This document shows, piece after piece, positions 18,825-29,436 of a DNA stretch of 32,000 nt (the first letter of the stretch is position 1; each line of letters starts with the position of its first letter). The DNA comes from Zymomonas mobilis subsp. mobilis ATCC 10988 (lineage in GTDB: Bacteria; Pseudomonadota; Alphaproteobacteria; Sphingomonadales; Sphingomonadaceae). The notes under the pieces are model-generated. The model was not told the origin of the DNA and ran no database searches. It saw nothing but the letters and a program-made list of their open reading frames with translations. Both the position numbers and the translations under genes were made by a program. The stretch is taken from the NCBI RefSeq assembly GCF_000175255.2, contig NC_017262.1, forward strand, positions 1,200,001 to 1,232,000, in the 5' to 3' direction.

Positions 18825-20897
18825 ATGGCCCGCAAATATCCGCTCGATAAATATCGTAATATCGGTATTATGGCTCATATTGATGCCGGTAAAACGACCA
18901 CAACCGAGCGTATTCTTTTCTATACCGGTAAGTCCTACAAGATCGGCGAAGTCCATGAAGGCACGGCGACCATGGATTGGATGGAGCAGGAACAGGAGCG
19001 CGGGATTACGATCACGTCTGCTGCGACTACCTGTTTTTGGAATGACCATCGAATCAATATCATTGATACGCCAGGGCATGTTGACTTTACCATTGAAGTT
19101 GAACGCTCCCTTCGCGTCTTAGATGGTGCTGTTGCCTGTTTTGATGGTGTGGCTGGTGTTGAGCCGCAGTCAGAAACAGTTTGGCGTCAGGCTGAAAAAT
19201 ATCACGTTCCACGTATGTGCTTCGTGAACAAGCTTGATCGTACCGGCGCTAACTTCATGCGCTGCGTTGATATGATTCGTGATCGTCTTGGCGCTCGTCC
19301 GTTGGTTCTTTATTTGCCAATCGGCATCGAAAGCGACTTCAAAGGCTTGGTCGACCTGGTCGAAAATCGCGCTATCATTTGGCTTGAAGAAAGCCTGGGC
19401 GCAAAATTCGAATATCAGGAAATCCCTGAAGAATATAAAGCTGAGGCCGAAGCTGCTCGTGCTGAAATGATTGAAATGGCAGTCGAGCAAGATGATGCGG
19501 CTATGGAAGCTTATCTCGAAGGCAATGAGCCTGATGCTGATACGCTGAAAAAGCTGATTCGTAAGGGAACCTTGGCTCAAGACTTTGTTCCGGTTCTGTG
19601 TGGTTCTGCTTTCAAGAACAAGGGTGTTCAGCCTCTCTTGGATGCAGTCGTTGATTTCTTGCCGAGCCCGTTGGATATTCCTCCGGTCGAAGGCGTGAAA
19701 ATGGATGGCGAAACGAAAGATAGTCGTAAGCCGTCTGACGACGAACCTTTCTCGGCACTTGCGTTTAAAATTATGAACGATCCTTTTGTGGGTTCGTTGA
19801 CTTTTGCTCGTATTTATTCCGGTAAACTCACTAAGGGTACCGTTTTGAATTCAGTGAAAGATAAGCGCGAAAAAGTCGGTCGTATGCTTTTGATGCATGC
19901 CAACAGCCGTGAAGATCTCGAAGAGGCTTATGCCGGCGATATCGTGGCTCTGGTTGGTATGAAAGAAACCACGACTGGTGATACGCTTTGTGCTCCGAAC
20001 GCACCGATCATTCTGGAACGGATGGAATTTCCGGAACCTGTGATCGAAGTCGCAGTGGAACCGAAGACGAAGGCCGATCAGGAAAAAATGGGTCTGGCTC
20101 TCAACCGCTTGGCGGCTGAAGATCCTTCTTTCCGCGTTGCTTCTGATTTTGAATCCGGCCAGACGATCATTAAGGGAATGGGTGAACTTCACCTTGATAT
20201 TCTTGTTGATCGTATGAAGCGCGAATTCAAGGTGGAAGCCAATGTCGGCGCTCCGCAGGTCGCCTATCGCGAATCACTCGCCCGTCCGGTCGAAGTTGAT
20301 TATACGCATAAGAAACAGTCCGGTGGTTCCGGTCAGTTCGGTCGCGTAAAAGTCAACCTTGTTCCGAGCGAACGAGGCGCTGGTATCCAGTTCTTCGACG
20401 AGATCAAAGGTGGTAATATTCCTCGTGAATATATTCCTTCCGTCGAAAAAGGTATGCGTGAAACCGCAGAAACAGGTTCTTTAATCGGCTTCCCGATTAT
20501 CGACTTTGAAATCCATTTAACCGATGGTGCGTATCACGATGTCGATTCTTCGGCTCTTGCCTTTGAAATTGCTGGCCGAGGTGCTATGCGTGAAGCCGCT
20601 CAGAAGGCGGGAATCAAGCTCCTTGAACCGGTAATGCGGGTTGAGGTAATCACGCCGGAGGATTATCTCGGTGACGTGATCGGTGATATGAATTCGCGGC
20701 GCGGCCAGATTCAGGGCACCGATACACGCGGTAATGCCCAGGTCGTAGAAGCGATGGTGCCGCTGGCTAACATGTTCGGCTATGTGAACCAGCTCCGTTC
20801 CTTCACCCAGGGACGCGCCCAGTATTCGATGCAATTTTCGCATTATGACGAAGTCCCGGCTAACGTCGCGGATGAGTTAAAATCGAAGATGGCTTAA
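18825..20897 (+). CDS. fusA: Elongation factor G
   Basis: [35 protein letters not shown]; 690 aa; canonical EF-G. Confidence 0.99.
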   Translation: MARKYPLDKYRNIGIMAHIDAGKTTTTERILFYTGKSYKIGEVHEGTATMDWMEQEQERGITITSAATTCFWNDHRINIIDTPGHVDFTIEVERSLRVLDGAVACFDGVAGVEPQSETVWRQAEKYHVPRMCFVNKLDRTGANFMRCVDMIRDRLGARPLVLYLPIGIESDFKGLVDLVENRAIIWLEESLGAKFEYQEIPEEYKAEAEAARAEMIEMAVEQDDAAMEAYLEGNEPDADTLKKLIRKGTLAQDFVPVLCGSAFKNKGVQPLLDAVVDFLPSPLDIPPVEGVKMDGETKDSRKPSDDEPFSALAFKIMNDPFVGSLTFARIYSGKLTKGTVLNSVKDKREKVGRMLLMHANSREDLEEAYAGDIVALVGMKETTTGDTLCAPNAPIILERMEFPEPVIEVAVEPKTKADQEKMGLALNRLAAEDPSFRVASDFESGQTIIKGMGELHLDILVDRMKREFKVEANVGAPQVAYRESLARPVEVDYTHKKQSGGSGQFGRVKVNLVPSERGAGIQFFDEIKGGNIPREYIPSVEKGMRETAETGSLIGFPIIDFEIHLTDGAYHDVDSSALAFEIAGRGAMREAAQKAGIKLLEPVMRVEVITPEDYLGDVIGDMNSRRGQIQGTDTRGNAQVVEAMVPLANMFGYVNQLRSFTQGRAQYSMQFSHYDEVPANVADELKSKMA

Positions 20898-20931
20898 TTA
20901 AATACTGGCATAAACCGAAAAATGTCGTTAT

Positions 20932-20959
20932 GAGCGCGCCGGAGAAGCGCGGCGCGCTC
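20932..20959. other. GC-rich stem-loop in fusA-tuf spacer without T tract
   Basis: GAGCGCGCCG (20932-20941) / CGGCGCGCTC (20950-20959), 8-nt loop; followed by AATACAATAG. Confidence 0.75.
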
Positions 20960-21000
20960 AATACAATAGTGATAAAAGCGGTAACAAAAAGAGGTAACTA

Positions 21001-22194
21001 ATGGCGAAAGCTAAGTTTGAGCGGAATAAGCCGCATTGTAATATCGGTACCATTGGTCACGTCGATCATGGTAAAACTACCCTGACTGCAGCTATTACCA
21101 AAGTTTTGGCTGAAGCTGGTGGCGGCAACACCTTTGTTGACTATGCCAACATCGATAAAGCTCCGGAAGAACGTGAACGCGGTATCACGATTTCAACGTC
21201 TCACGTTGAATACGAAACCGAAACCCGGCATTATGCCCACGTCGATTGCCCGGGTCATGCCGATTATGTGAAGAACATGATCACCGGTGCTGCCCAGATG
21301 GATGGCGCAATCTTGGTTGTGTCCGCTGCTGACGGTCCTATGCCCCAGACTCGTGAGCACATCCTGCTCGCTCGTCAGGTCGGTGTTCCTGCCCTTGTCG
21401 TCTTCATGAACAAGGTCGATCAGGTCGATGATCCAGAACTTCTGGAACTCGTCGAAATGGAAATCCGCGAACTTCTTTCCAGCTATGACTTCCCGGGCGA
21501 CGATATTCCTATCGTTAAGGGTTCTGCTCTGGCTGCTCTGGAAGACAAAAATCCGGAAATCGGCAAAGAAGCCATCCTTTCTTTGATGGCAGCTGTTGAT
21601 GAATACATTCCGCAGCCGGAACGTCCTTTGGACAAAAGCTTCCTGATGCCGATCGAAGATGTTTTCTCCATCTCTGGTCGTGGTACGGTTGTTACCGGTC
21701 GTGTTGAAACCGGTATCGTCAAGGTCGGTGAAGAAGTCGAAATCGTCGGTCTTCGTGACACCAAAAAGACCACCGTTACGGGCGTTGAAATGTTCCGCAA
21801 ATTGCTGGATCAGGGTCAGGCCGGTGATAACATCGGTGCTCTGCTTCGTGGTACGGCACGTACGGAAGTTGAACGCGGTCAGGTTTTGGCTAAACCGGGT
21901 TCCATCACGCCGCATACCGAATTCAAGGCAGAAGTTTATGTTCTGTCGAAAGATGAAGGTGGTCGTCACACCCCGTTCTTCGCGAACTATCGTCCGCAGT
22001 TCTATTTCCGCACCACCGACGTTACGGGCGAAATCACTTTGCCTGAAGATGTCGAAATGGTTATGCCAGGCGACAACATTGCGTTTGGTGTGAAATTGAT
22101 TGCTCCGATCGCTATGGATCCGGGTCTTCGCTTCGCTATTCGCGAAGGTGGCCGTACCGTTGGCGCTGGTGTTGTCAGCTCCATCATTAAATAA
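21001..22194 (+). CDS. tuf: Elongation factor Tu
   Basis: [38 protein letters not shown]; 397 aa; canonical EF-Tu. Confidence 0.99.
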   Translation: MAKAKFERNKPHCNIGTIGHVDHGKTTLTAAITKVLAEAGGGNTFVDYANIDKAPEERERGITISTSHVEYETETRHYAHVDCPGHADYVKNMITGAAQMDGAILVVSAADGPMPQTREHILLARQVGVPALVVFMNKVDQVDDPELLELVEMEIRELLSSYDFPGDDIPIVKGSALAALEDKNPEIGKEAILSLMAAVDEYIPQPERPLDKSFLMPIEDVFSISGRGTVVTGRVETGIVKVGEEVEIVGLRDTKKTTVTGVEMFRKLLDQGQAGDNIGALLRGTARTEVERGQVLAKPGSITPHTEFKAEVYVLSKDEGGRHTPFFANYRPQFYFRTTDVTGEITLPEDVEMVMPGDNIAFGVKLIAPIAMDPGLRFAIREGGRTVGAGVVSSIIK

Positions 22195-22201
22195 TTTCGT
22201 T

Positions 22202-22238
22202 AGCTAACCGGCATCCTGCCGGTTAGCTCTCATTTTTT
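22202..22238 (+). terminator. Rho-independent terminator after tuf
   Basis: AGCTAACCGGCA-TCC-TGCCGGTTAGCT (perfect 12-bp stem) followed by CTCATTTTTT. Confidence 0.9.
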
Positions 22239-22243
22239 AGGTG

Positions 22244-22273
22244 GGCGCCGAAAGACAGTTTGTCTTAGGCGCC
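22244..22273 (+). promoter_or_regulatory. Extended stem-loop in the rpsJ leader
   Basis: GGCGCC-GA-AAGACA-GTT-TGTCTT-A-GGCGCC: two 6-bp stacked helices, 27 nt upstream of the rpsJ start. Confidence 0.7.
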
Positions 22274-22300
22274 TCCTCGTTCTTTGAAATGGTTAGGGAT

Positions 22301-22612
22301 ATGGATACGCAGAATATTCGCATTCGCCTCAAGGCGTTTGATCATCGTGTTTTAGATCAGGCTACAGGAGATATCGCCGACACAGCTCGTCGGACTGGTG
22401 CTCTTATTCGCGGACCGATTCCCTTGCCGACGCGCATCGAGAAGTTCACGGTCAACCGTGGTCCACATATCGATAAAAAGTCGCGTGAACAGTTTGAAGT
22501 GCGTACCTATAAGCGCCTTCTGGATATCGTTCAGCCAACCCCCCAGACCGTTGATGCTTTAATGAAGCTTGACCTCGCGGCAGGTGTTGAAGTTGAAATC
22601 AAATTAGCTTAA
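22301..22612 (+). CDS. rpsJ: 30S ribosomal protein S10
   Basis: [34 protein letters not shown]; start at the internal ATG 22301 rather than the track's 22241. Confidence 0.97.
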   Translation: MDTQNIRIRLKAFDHRVLDQATGDIADTARRTGALIRGPIPLPTRIEKFTVNRGPHIDKKSREQFEVRTYKRLLDIVQPTPQTVDALMKLDLAAGVEVEIKLA

Positions 22613-22926
22613 TAAAGCGTTTGAGCCGGATACTAAGATAACCGGTTTTCCTCCCATTTCTGCGATGGTGATATTTTTTCTCTTTCTTTGAAAGGGAAGG
22701 GTAGATTTCTCGAGCGAAATACGATATTCACCATTGTAGACAAGCAGGGATACCGACCAGTTTTATCTGGTGTCATGCGTCCCCGCCTTATTTACTATGT
22801 CTCATAGTATATGGCCCTGGCGGGGGCTTCTATTGTAAAGGGGCCGGCTCCTTCGTCATTCGGACGTAGGAGCTTTTCGTTTATCATGCTCGCCGCTGTC
22901 GCGAGCCTCTGAAGGAGTAATGGATC
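22613..22926 (+). promoter_or_regulatory. Structured 314-nt rpsJ-rplC spacer, candidate cis-regulatory RNA
   Basis: Seven or more complementary segments, including a hand-built three-way junction 22665-22734, nested stem 22781-22825, terminator-like hairpin 22847-22873 + TTTT, and hairpin 22888-22906. Confidence 0.6.
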
Positions 22927-23655
22927 ATGCGTACTGGCGTGATCGCCAAGAAGGTCGGAATGACGCGTCTGTTTCAGGAAGATGGTCGGCATGTGCCGGT
23001 AACCGTCCTGAAACTCGAAGATGTGCAGGTCGTGGCCGTCAAAAATAAAGATCAGGATGGATACGTTGCTGTTCAGCTTGGTGCAGGTTCTGCAAAAGCT
23101 AAAAACGTTACCAAGCCTGTACGGGGTCATTTTGCCAAAGCCGAAGTAGAGCTGAAGGCAAAATTGGTTGAATTCCCCGTTTCCGAAGACGCCGTCCTCG
23201 AAGTCGGAACATCAATTTCAGCTGATCATTTTATTGCTGGTCAGTTGGTCGATATTTCTGGTCAGACTCAGGGTAAAGGCTTTGCCGGTGCTATGAAGCG
23301 CTGGGGCTTTGGTGGTTTGCGTGCCACCCATGGTGTGTCCTTATCTCACCGTTCCCATGGTTCTACCGGTAATCGTCAGGATCCGGGTCGCGTTTTCAAA
23401 AACAAGAAAATGGCTGGCCATATGGGTGCCCGCCAGCGGACTCAGCAGAATTTGGAAGTTATTTCTACCGATGCTGAACGCGATCTGATTTTTGTTCGTG
23501 GTTCTGTCCCCGGTTCAAAGGGTGCATGGTTGATTATTCGTGATGCCGTTAAAGTAGCACGTCCAACCGACGCTCCTTATCCGGCCGCCATTAAAGCCGC
23601 GAATGGCAACGAGGCTCCGGCTGCGCCGGTGGCCGCAGAAGGTCAGGAGGGCTGA
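22927..23655 (+). CDS. rplC: 50S ribosomal protein L3
   Basis: [31 protein letters not shown]; ...[24 protein letters not shown]. Confidence 0.98.
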   Translation: MRTGVIAKKVGMTRLFQEDGRHVPVTVLKLEDVQVVAVKNKDQDGYVAVQLGAGSAKAKNVTKPVRGHFAKAEVELKAKLVEFPVSEDAVLEVGTSISADHFIAGQLVDISGQTQGKGFAGAMKRWGFGGLRATHGVSLSHRSHGSTGNRQDPGRVFKNKKMAGHMGARQRTQQNLEVISTDAERDLIFVRGSVPGSKGAWLIIRDAVKVARPTDAPYPAAIKAANGNEAPAAPVAAEGQEG

Positions 23656-23657
23656 TC

Positions 23658-24281
23658 ATGAAGGTTGAAGTTCAGTCCCTCGATGCCTCTAAGAAGGGTA
23701 GCATCGAGCTTAACGATGCCGTATTCGGTATCGAACCGCGTGCTGATATTTTGCATCGTGTCGTAACATGGCAGTTGGAAAAACGCCGTGCGCCGACCCG
23801 CGCTACGCGTGAACGTTCTGACGTTGCACGTTCTGGTAAAAAATTCGGCCGTCAAAAAGGTGGTGGTACCGCCCGTCATGGCGATCGTCGCTCACCTATC
23901 TTTATCGGTGGTGGTAAAGCTCATGGTGCAAGAGCGCGCGTTTTCAATCCTTCTTTAAACAAGAAGGTTCGCGCCCTTGGTCTTCGTATGGCTCTGTCTT
24001 CCAAAGCAAAAACGGGCACTTTAGTTGTCATCGAAGCTTTGGACGTTGAAGCAAAGACCAAGCTCTTAGCCGCACAGATTCAGTCTTTAGGCTTTGGTCC
24101 AAAGGTTCTGGTTGTTGATGGCGATACGGTCAATGAAAATTTTGCTCGTGCCTCAAGCAACCTTGTCGGTCTTGATGTATTGCCGGCCGTAGGTGCCAAT
24201 GTCTACGACATTCTGAAACATGACACGCTGGTGCTGACTCGCGCCGCTGTTGAAAAGCTGGAGGCTCGTCTCAATGGCTAA
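23658..24281 (+). CDS. rplD: 50S ribosomal protein L4
   Basis: [31 protein letters not shown]...[17 protein letters not shown]. Confidence 0.97.
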   Translation: MKVEVQSLDASKKGSIELNDAVFGIEPRADILHRVVTWQLEKRRAPTRATRERSDVARSGKKFGRQKGGGTARHGDRRSPIFIGGGKAHGARARVFNPSLNKKVRALGLRMALSSKAKTGTLVVIEALDVEAKTKLLAAQIQSLGFGPKVLVVDGDTVNENFARASSNLVGLDVLPAVGANVYDILKHDTLVLTRAAVEKLEARLNG

Positions 24282-24585
24282 AAGTCAGGATGGGGTGGCA
24301 ATTCGCCACTATGATGTTGTGCTCGGTCCGCACATCACTGAAAAATCGACTATGGTCTCTGAATTTAACGCGGTGGTCTTCAAAGTAGCCGCTGATGCGA
24401 CCAAACCTGCGATTAAAGAAGCTGTTGAAGCTTTGTTCGGGGTTTCTGTCAAATCGGTGAATACTGTTATCACCAAAGGCAAGACCAAAAAGTGGAAAGG
24501 CCGTCCTTATCGGCGGTCAGACGTCAAAAAGGCGATCGTGACTCTGGCTGAAGGTCAGTCAATCGATGTGACGACAGGGGTCTAG
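24274..24585 (+). CDS. rplW: 50S ribosomal protein L23
   Basis: [28 protein letters not shown]...[20 protein letters not shown]; start at ATG 24274 overlapping the rplD stop. Confidence 0.96.
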   Translation: MAKSQDGVAIRHYDVVLGPHITEKSTMVSEFNAVVFKVAADATKPAIKEAVEALFGVSVKSVNTVITKGKTKKWKGRPYRRSDVKKAIVTLAEGQSIDVTTGV

Positions 24586-24589
24586 GACG

Positions 24590-25426
24590 ATGGCTCTTAA
24601 GCATTATAATCCGACCAGCCCGGCCCGCCGTGGCCTTATCCTGGTCGACCGCTCGTCTTTGTGGAAAGGTAGCCCGGTTAAAGCCCTCACTGAAGGGAAG
24701 AATAAAACCGGTGGCCGGAACAACAAAGGTCACAGAACTTCACGCGGTATCGGTGGTGGTCACAAGCAGAAATATCGGCTTGTCGACTTCAAACGTCGTA
24801 AATGGGATATGCCAGCTACGGTTCAGCGGATTGAATACGATCCCAACCGTTCAGCTTTTATTGCCCTGGTTGAATATGAAGATAAAACCTTATCTTATAT
24901 TCTTGCTCCGCAGCGTTTGGGTGTTGGTGATTCCATTGTTGCTTCTCGCAAAGCCGATGTGAAACCCGGCAATGCCATGGAAATCGGCCAAGCTCCGCTT
25001 GGTACCATTGTGCACAACATCGAACTTAAACCCAGCAAGGGTGGCCAGCTCGCTCGCGCAGCCGGTGCTTATGCTCAGATCGTTGGTCGTGACAAAGGCA
25101 TGGTAATGATTCGCCTGAATTCAGGTGAACAGCGCTACATCCGTTCTGATTGCATGGTTACAGTTGGTGCCGTATCCAACTCTGACAATGCCAACCAGAA
25201 TTTTGCCAAAGCCGGCCGTAACCGTTGGCTTGGTCGCCGCCCGTTGACCCGTGGTGTTGCAAAGAACCCTGTCGATCATCCGCATGGTGGTGGTGAAGGC
25301 CGCACATCTGGTGGTCGTCATCCGGTAACGCCTTGGGGTAAACCGACCAAGGGTGCTCGCACCCGTTCGAATAAGGCGACGGACAAGTTCATTATCCGTT
25401 CGCGTCACGCGAAGAAGAAGAGGTAA
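24590..25426 (+). CDS. rplB: 50S ribosomal protein L2
   Basis: [20 protein letters not shown]...[28 protein letters not shown]. Confidence 0.98.
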   Translation: MALKHYNPTSPARRGLILVDRSSLWKGSPVKALTEGKNKTGGRNNKGHRTSRGIGGGHKQKYRLVDFKRRKWDMPATVQRIEYDPNRSAFIALVEYEDKTLSYILAPQRLGVGDSIVASRKADVKPGNAMEIGQAPLGTIVHNIELKPSKGGQLARAAGAYAQIVGRDKGMVMIRLNSGEQRYIRSDCMVTVGAVSNSDNANQNFAKAGRNRWLGRRPLTRGVAKNPVDHPHGGGEGRTSGGRHPVTPWGKPTKGARTRSNKATDKFIIRSRHAKKKR

Positions 25427-25428
25427 GC

Positions 25429-25704
25429 ATGGCCCGCTCCGTTTGGAAAGGTCCGTTTGTCGAACTGTCTCTGTTGAAAAAAGCAGAGACAGCGCAGGAC
25501 AGCAGCAACCGGGCTCCCATCAAGACCTGGTCGCGTCGTTCGACGATTCTGCCACAGTTTGTTGGTTTGACTTTCAATGTCTATAATGGCCGCAAATTTG
25601 TGCCGGTACTAGTCAATGAAGAAATGGTTGGTCATAAACTGGGTGAATTTGCGCCAACGCGTACTTTCCCTGGCCATGCCGCTGACAAGAAGGGTAAGCG
25701 CTAA
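25429..25704 (+). CDS. rpsS: 30S ribosomal protein S19
   Basis: [18 protein letters not shown]...[15 protein letters not shown]. Confidence 0.98.
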   Translation: MARSVWKGPFVELSLLKKAETAQDSSNRAPIKTWSRRSTILPQFVGLTFNVYNGRKFVPVLVNEEMVGHKLGEFAPTRTFPGHAADKKGKR

Positions 25705-26084
25705 TGTCTAAGCCGCAAGCTCCCCGTCGCGTCGGTGAAAAGGAGGCCTTAGCCGTCGCCACCACCGTTCGCGGTAGCTCTTACAAGCTGAATCTTGTTG
25801 CGGGTTTAATCCGTGGCAAGAAAGCTGGTGAAGCCCTGAACATTTTGAGCTTTTCCAAGAAGGCAATGGCAAAAGATGTCCGCAAGGTTCTTGCTTCTGC
25901 TATTGCTAACGCCGAGAATAACCACAATCTCGACGTTGACGCTCTGATTGTGAAAGAGGCATCGGTCGGTAAGTCGATCGTGATGAAGCGTTTCGCAACC
26001 CGTGCTCGCGGTCGTTCGACTCAGATCATCAAGCCATTTTCGCGCATCCGTGTCGTTGTCCGCGAACAGGAAGAGGCTGAATAA
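25704..26084 (+). CDS. rplV: 50S ribosomal protein L22
   Basis: [45 protein letters not shown]. Confidence 0.97.
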   Translation: MSKPQAPRRVGEKEALAVATTVRGSSYKLNLVAGLIRGKKAGEALNILSFSKKAMAKDVRKVLASAIANAENNHNLDVDALIVKEASVGKSIVMKRFATRARGRSTQIIKPFSRIRVVVREQEEAE

Positions 26085-26085
26085 G

Positions 26086-26781
26086 ATGGGTCATAAATCT
26101 AACCCGATCGGTATGCGGCTGCAGATTAATCGTACATGGGACAGCCGTTGGTTTGCCCAAGGTGGCGATTATGGCCAGCTGTTGCTTGAAGATATCAAGA
26201 TCCGCAAATTCATCATGAAAACGCTGCCGCAGGCAGCGATTTCGAAAGTGGTGATTGAGCGTCCGGCTAAATTATGCCGCATTTCAATTTATGCTGCCCG
26301 TCCCGGTGTTATCATCGGTAAAAAAGGCGCAGATATTGAAAAGCTGCGTAAGAAACTGGACTCCATGACTGAAAGTGGCGTTTCTCTGAATATCGTCGAA
26401 ATCCGTAAACCGGAAATCGATGCTCAGTTGGTCGCCCAGGGCATTGCCGATCAGCTTGAACGGCGTGTTGCTTTCCGGCGCGCGATGAAGCGTGCTGTTC
26501 AGTCTGCTCTGCGTCTTGGTGCTCAGGGCGTCAGAATCACTTGCGGTGGTCGTTTGGGTGGTGCTGAAATTGCCCGGACTGAATGGTATCGTGAAGGCCG
26601 TGTGCCGTTGCATACCTTGCGCGCAAATGTCGATTATGCCGAAGCTGAAGCGCATACCGCTTATGGTGTGTGTGGAATCAAGGTCTGGATCTTTAAGGGT
26701 GAAATCATGGCTCATGATCCCTTAGCCCAAGATCGGCTGATGGTAGAAGCTCAGACGTCGGGGGTCCGGCCGACGCGATAA
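26086..26781 (+). CDS. rpsC: 30S ribosomal protein S3
   Basis: [24 protein letters not shown]...[20 protein letters not shown]; start at ATG 26086, not the track's 26002. Confidence 0.98.
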   Translation: MGHKSNPIGMRLQINRTWDSRWFAQGGDYGQLLLEDIKIRKFIMKTLPQAAISKVVIERPAKLCRISIYAARPGVIIGKKGADIEKLRKKLDSMTESGVSLNIVEIRKPEIDAQLVAQGIADQLERRVAFRRAMKRAVQSALRLGAQGVRITCGGRLGGAEIARTEWYREGRVPLHTLRANVDYAEAEAHTAYGVCGIKVWIFKGEIMAHDPLAQDRLMVEAQTSGVRPTR

Positions 26782-26797
26782 GGGTAACTCCCTTATC
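26777..26797 (+). promoter_or_regulatory. Stem-loop at the rpsC stop codon
   Basis: GATAAGGG-TAACT-CCCTTATC, 8-bp perfect stem containing the rpsC TAA. Confidence 0.65.
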
Positions 26798-26844
26798 AGC
26801 GTCGCCTGATCGACCGGATAATCGGTGTCAGAAGGCGAATTAAA

Positions 26845-27276
26845 ATGCTGCAACCGAAACGAACTAAATTTCGTAAGGCCCACAAGGGTCGTATTCATGG
26901 TAATGCACCTGGCGGTGCTACGCTTAATTTCGGTGCGTATGGTCTGAAGGCTATGGAGCCAGATCGGATTACCGCGCGCCAGATCGAAGCTGCTCGTCGT
27001 GCTATTACCCGTCATATCCGCCGTCAGGGACGGCTGTGGATCCGTATTTTCCCGGATGTTCCCGTTTCCAGCAAACCTGCTGAAGTCCGCATGGGCTCCG
27101 GTAAAGGTTCACCGGAATTCTGGGTCGCTCGTGTGAAACCCGGTCGGATTCTTTTTGAATTAGATGGTGTTCCTGGCCCGATCGCTCGCGTTGCTTTTGA
27201 ACGCGCCGCAGCGAAATTGCCCATCAAAGTGAAGGTCGTTGCCCGTTTGGGTGAGACCATATATGAAGAGGCCTAA
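26845..27276 (+). CDS. rplP: 50S ribosomal protein L16
   Basis: [36 protein letters not shown]. Confidence 0.98.
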   Translation: MLQPKRTKFRKAHKGRIHGNAPGGATLNFGAYGLKAMEPDRITARQIEAARRAITRHIRRQGRLWIRIFPDVPVSSKPAEVRMGSGKGSPEFWVARVKPGRILFELDGVPGPIARVAFERAAAKLPIKVKVVARLGETIYEEA

Positions 27277-27278
27277 AT

Positions 27279-27482
27279 ATGGCGAAGATTGACGATCTCA
27301 AAGCAAAGAGTGACGATCAACTTGCCGTCGAGCTGGGTGAAATGAAGCGTGAGCAGTTCAATCTGCGTTTCCAGTCAGCCACTGGCCAGCTGGAAAAGCC
27401 CGCCCGGGTTCGCGAAGTGCGTCGCACTATTGCTCAGATTAAGACTTTACAGGCCGAGCGTCAGCGCTCGGCAACCAAGTAA
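27279..27482 (+). CDS. rpmC: 50S ribosomal protein L29
   Basis: [31 protein letters not shown]. Confidence 0.96.
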   Translation: MAKIDDLKAKSDDQLAVELGEMKREQFNLRFQSATGQLEKPARVREVRRTIAQIKTLQAERQRSATK

Positions 27483-27494
27483 GGATTTCTCATC

Positions 27495-27746
27495 ATGCCC
27501 AAACGTGTGCTGACGGGAACCGTGGTCTCTGATAAGACCGACAAAACGGTAGTGGTTTTGGTCGAGCGTAAAGTGAAACATCCCCTTTACGGTAAGATCA
27601 TCCGCTTGTCGAAAAAATATCATGCTCATGACGAGCAAAACGCCTATCATGAAGGCGAAACTGTGCGTATTGAAGAATGCGCGCCGATTTCGAAACTTAA
27701 ATCATGGCGTGTGCTTGAAAAAGCAGATAAAGCGTCTGCTGCTTAA
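27495..27746 (+). CDS. rpsQ: 30S ribosomal protein S17
   Basis: [47 protein letters not shown]. Confidence 0.97.
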   Translation: MPKRVLTGTVVSDKTDKTVVVLVERKVKHPLYGKIIRLSKKYHAHDEQNAYHEGETVRIEECAPISKLKSWRVLEKADKASAA

Positions 27747-27814
27747 TTATTTAAGCTTGCAGGTATAGAGAGGCTTTCCCGGCTAGTCCGGGTTAAAAAG
27801 AAGGGTCTAATTAT

Positions 27815-28186
27815 ATGATCCAGATGCAAACGAACCTTGACGTTGCCGACAACAGCGGTGCGAAGAGGGTGCAGTGCATCAAGGTGCTGGGCGGTTCTAA
27901 GCGTCGTACCGCGACTGTTGGCGATGTCATCGTTGTATCAGTCAAGGAAGCCGCACCGCGCGGGCGCGTTAAGAAGGGTGACGTCCATCGTGCCGTTATC
28001 GTTCGCACTGCCAAAGATATTCATCGCGCCGATGGTTCGGTGATTCGTTTCGACGGTAATGCGGCTGTTCTGATCAATAAAACGAGTGGCGAACCTATTG
28101 GTACTCGTATTTTTGGTCCGGTGGTACGTGAGTTACGGGCGCGTAACCATATGAAAATTATTTCACTTGCGCCTGAGGTGTTGTAA
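27815..28186 (+). CDS. rplN: 50S ribosomal protein L14
   Basis: [46 protein letters not shown]. Confidence 0.98.
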
Positions 28187-28503
28187 TGGCAGCTAAAATT
28201 AAAAAAGGTGATCGCGTGGTTATCTTGTCCGGCAAGGACAAAGGTAAGCATGGCGAAGTAACCCAGGCTCTGCCACAAGAAGGCAAGGTTATCGTTTCGG
28301 GTATCAATATTATTACCCGTCATCGTAAACCAAGCCAGGCTAACCCCCAGGGCGGGCTGGATCGTATGGAAGCGCCGATTGCTGCCTCTAAGGTTGCAAT
28401 CGAAGATCCGAAAACGGGTAAAGCCACCCGGGTCCGTTTTGATGTTCGCGATGGTAAGAAAGTACGCATCGCTGTAAAATCAGGGGAGACGATCAATGGC
28501 TAA
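28186..28503 (+). CDS. rplX: 50S ribosomal protein L24
   Basis: [39 protein letters not shown] (KOW motif). Confidence 0.97.
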
Positions 28504-29074
28504 AGCCTATGTTCCGCGCCTGAAAAAGCAGTATGATGACGAGATCATCAAAGCAATGACCGAGAAATTCGGTTATAAAAATGCTTTTGAAGTCCCGAAA
28601 CTCACGAAAATCGTCCTGAATATGGGCGTTGGTGAAGCGACGCAGGACAAGAAAAAGGTTGACCAAGCCGCAGCTGAAATGGAGCTGATTGCTGGTCAGA
28701 AGCCTGTCGTCACCCGTGCAAAAAAATCCATTGCGCAGTTTAAATTGCGCGAAGGTATGCCGATCGGTGTCAAGGTAACGCTCCGTCGTGAACGTATGTT
28801 CGAGTTTCTCGATCGTTTTCTGACGATCGCGCTGCCTCGCGTGCGTGACTTCCGTGGATTGAACCCAAAATCCTTTGATGGTCGTGGCAACTATGCTACC
28901 GGTATCAAAGAACAGCTGATTTTCCCGGAAATTAGCTATGATCAGGTTTCCACCATCCGCGGTATGGATGTCGTTGTTGCCACTACGGCTAAGACGGATG
29001 AAGAAGCACGTGAATTGCTTCGTTTGTTCGGCTTTCCGTTCCCGGCTGACACTACACAGAAAAAGGCAGCCTGA
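28496..29074 (+). CDS. rplE: 50S ribosomal protein L5
   Basis: [44 protein letters not shown]...; 8-nt overlap with rplX. Confidence 0.98.
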
Positions 29075-29117
29075 TTTCATGAATCAGGCAGCTCTTTAAG
29101 GAAAGAGAACTTAAGTC

Positions 29118-29423
29118 ATGGCGAAACTGAGTTCGATTAACAAGAACGAAAAGCGCAAAAAAATGGCTAAAGCCTATGCCGGTAAATATTCTCGGTTAAA
29201 GGCTGCTGCCAATGACAAGAGCCTTGATGAGACGGATCGTCTTGTTGCACGGCTGAAAATGGCTGAATTGCCACGAAATGCGAATCCAACGCGTGTTCGC
29301 AATCGTTGTGCTTTAACCGGCCGCCCGCGCGGTTATTATCGTAAGTTCCAGCTCTGCCGCATCCAGTTGCGTGATCTGGCTAATAAAGGCCTGATTCCAG
29401 GCGTCACCAAGTCGAGCTGGTAA
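29118..29423 (+). CDS. rpsN: 30S ribosomal protein S14 (101-aa zinc-free type)
   Basis: [49 protein letters not shown]. Confidence 0.97.
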   Translation: MAKLSSINKNEKRKKMAKAYAGKYSRLKAAANDKSLDETDRLVARLKMAELPRNANPTRVRNRCALTGRPRGYYRKFQLCRIQLRDLANKGLIPGVTKSSW

Positions 29424-29436
29424 GGGGATATATAAA

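Noticed and set aside
21193-21969. 258-aa minus-strand ORF antisense to tuf
   Set aside because: Shadow ORF of a highly codon-biased gene; no recognisable domain and His/Thr/Phe-rich composition typical of the reverse complement.
22795-23130. Minus-strand 111-aa ORF over the rpsJ-rplC spacer and rplC start
   Set aside because: Mostly antisense to rplC; no recognisable product; the spacer is better explained by RNA structure.
28493-29080. 195-aa minus-strand ORF opposite rplE
   Set aside because: Fully antisense to canonical rplE; no motif or independent RBS evidence.
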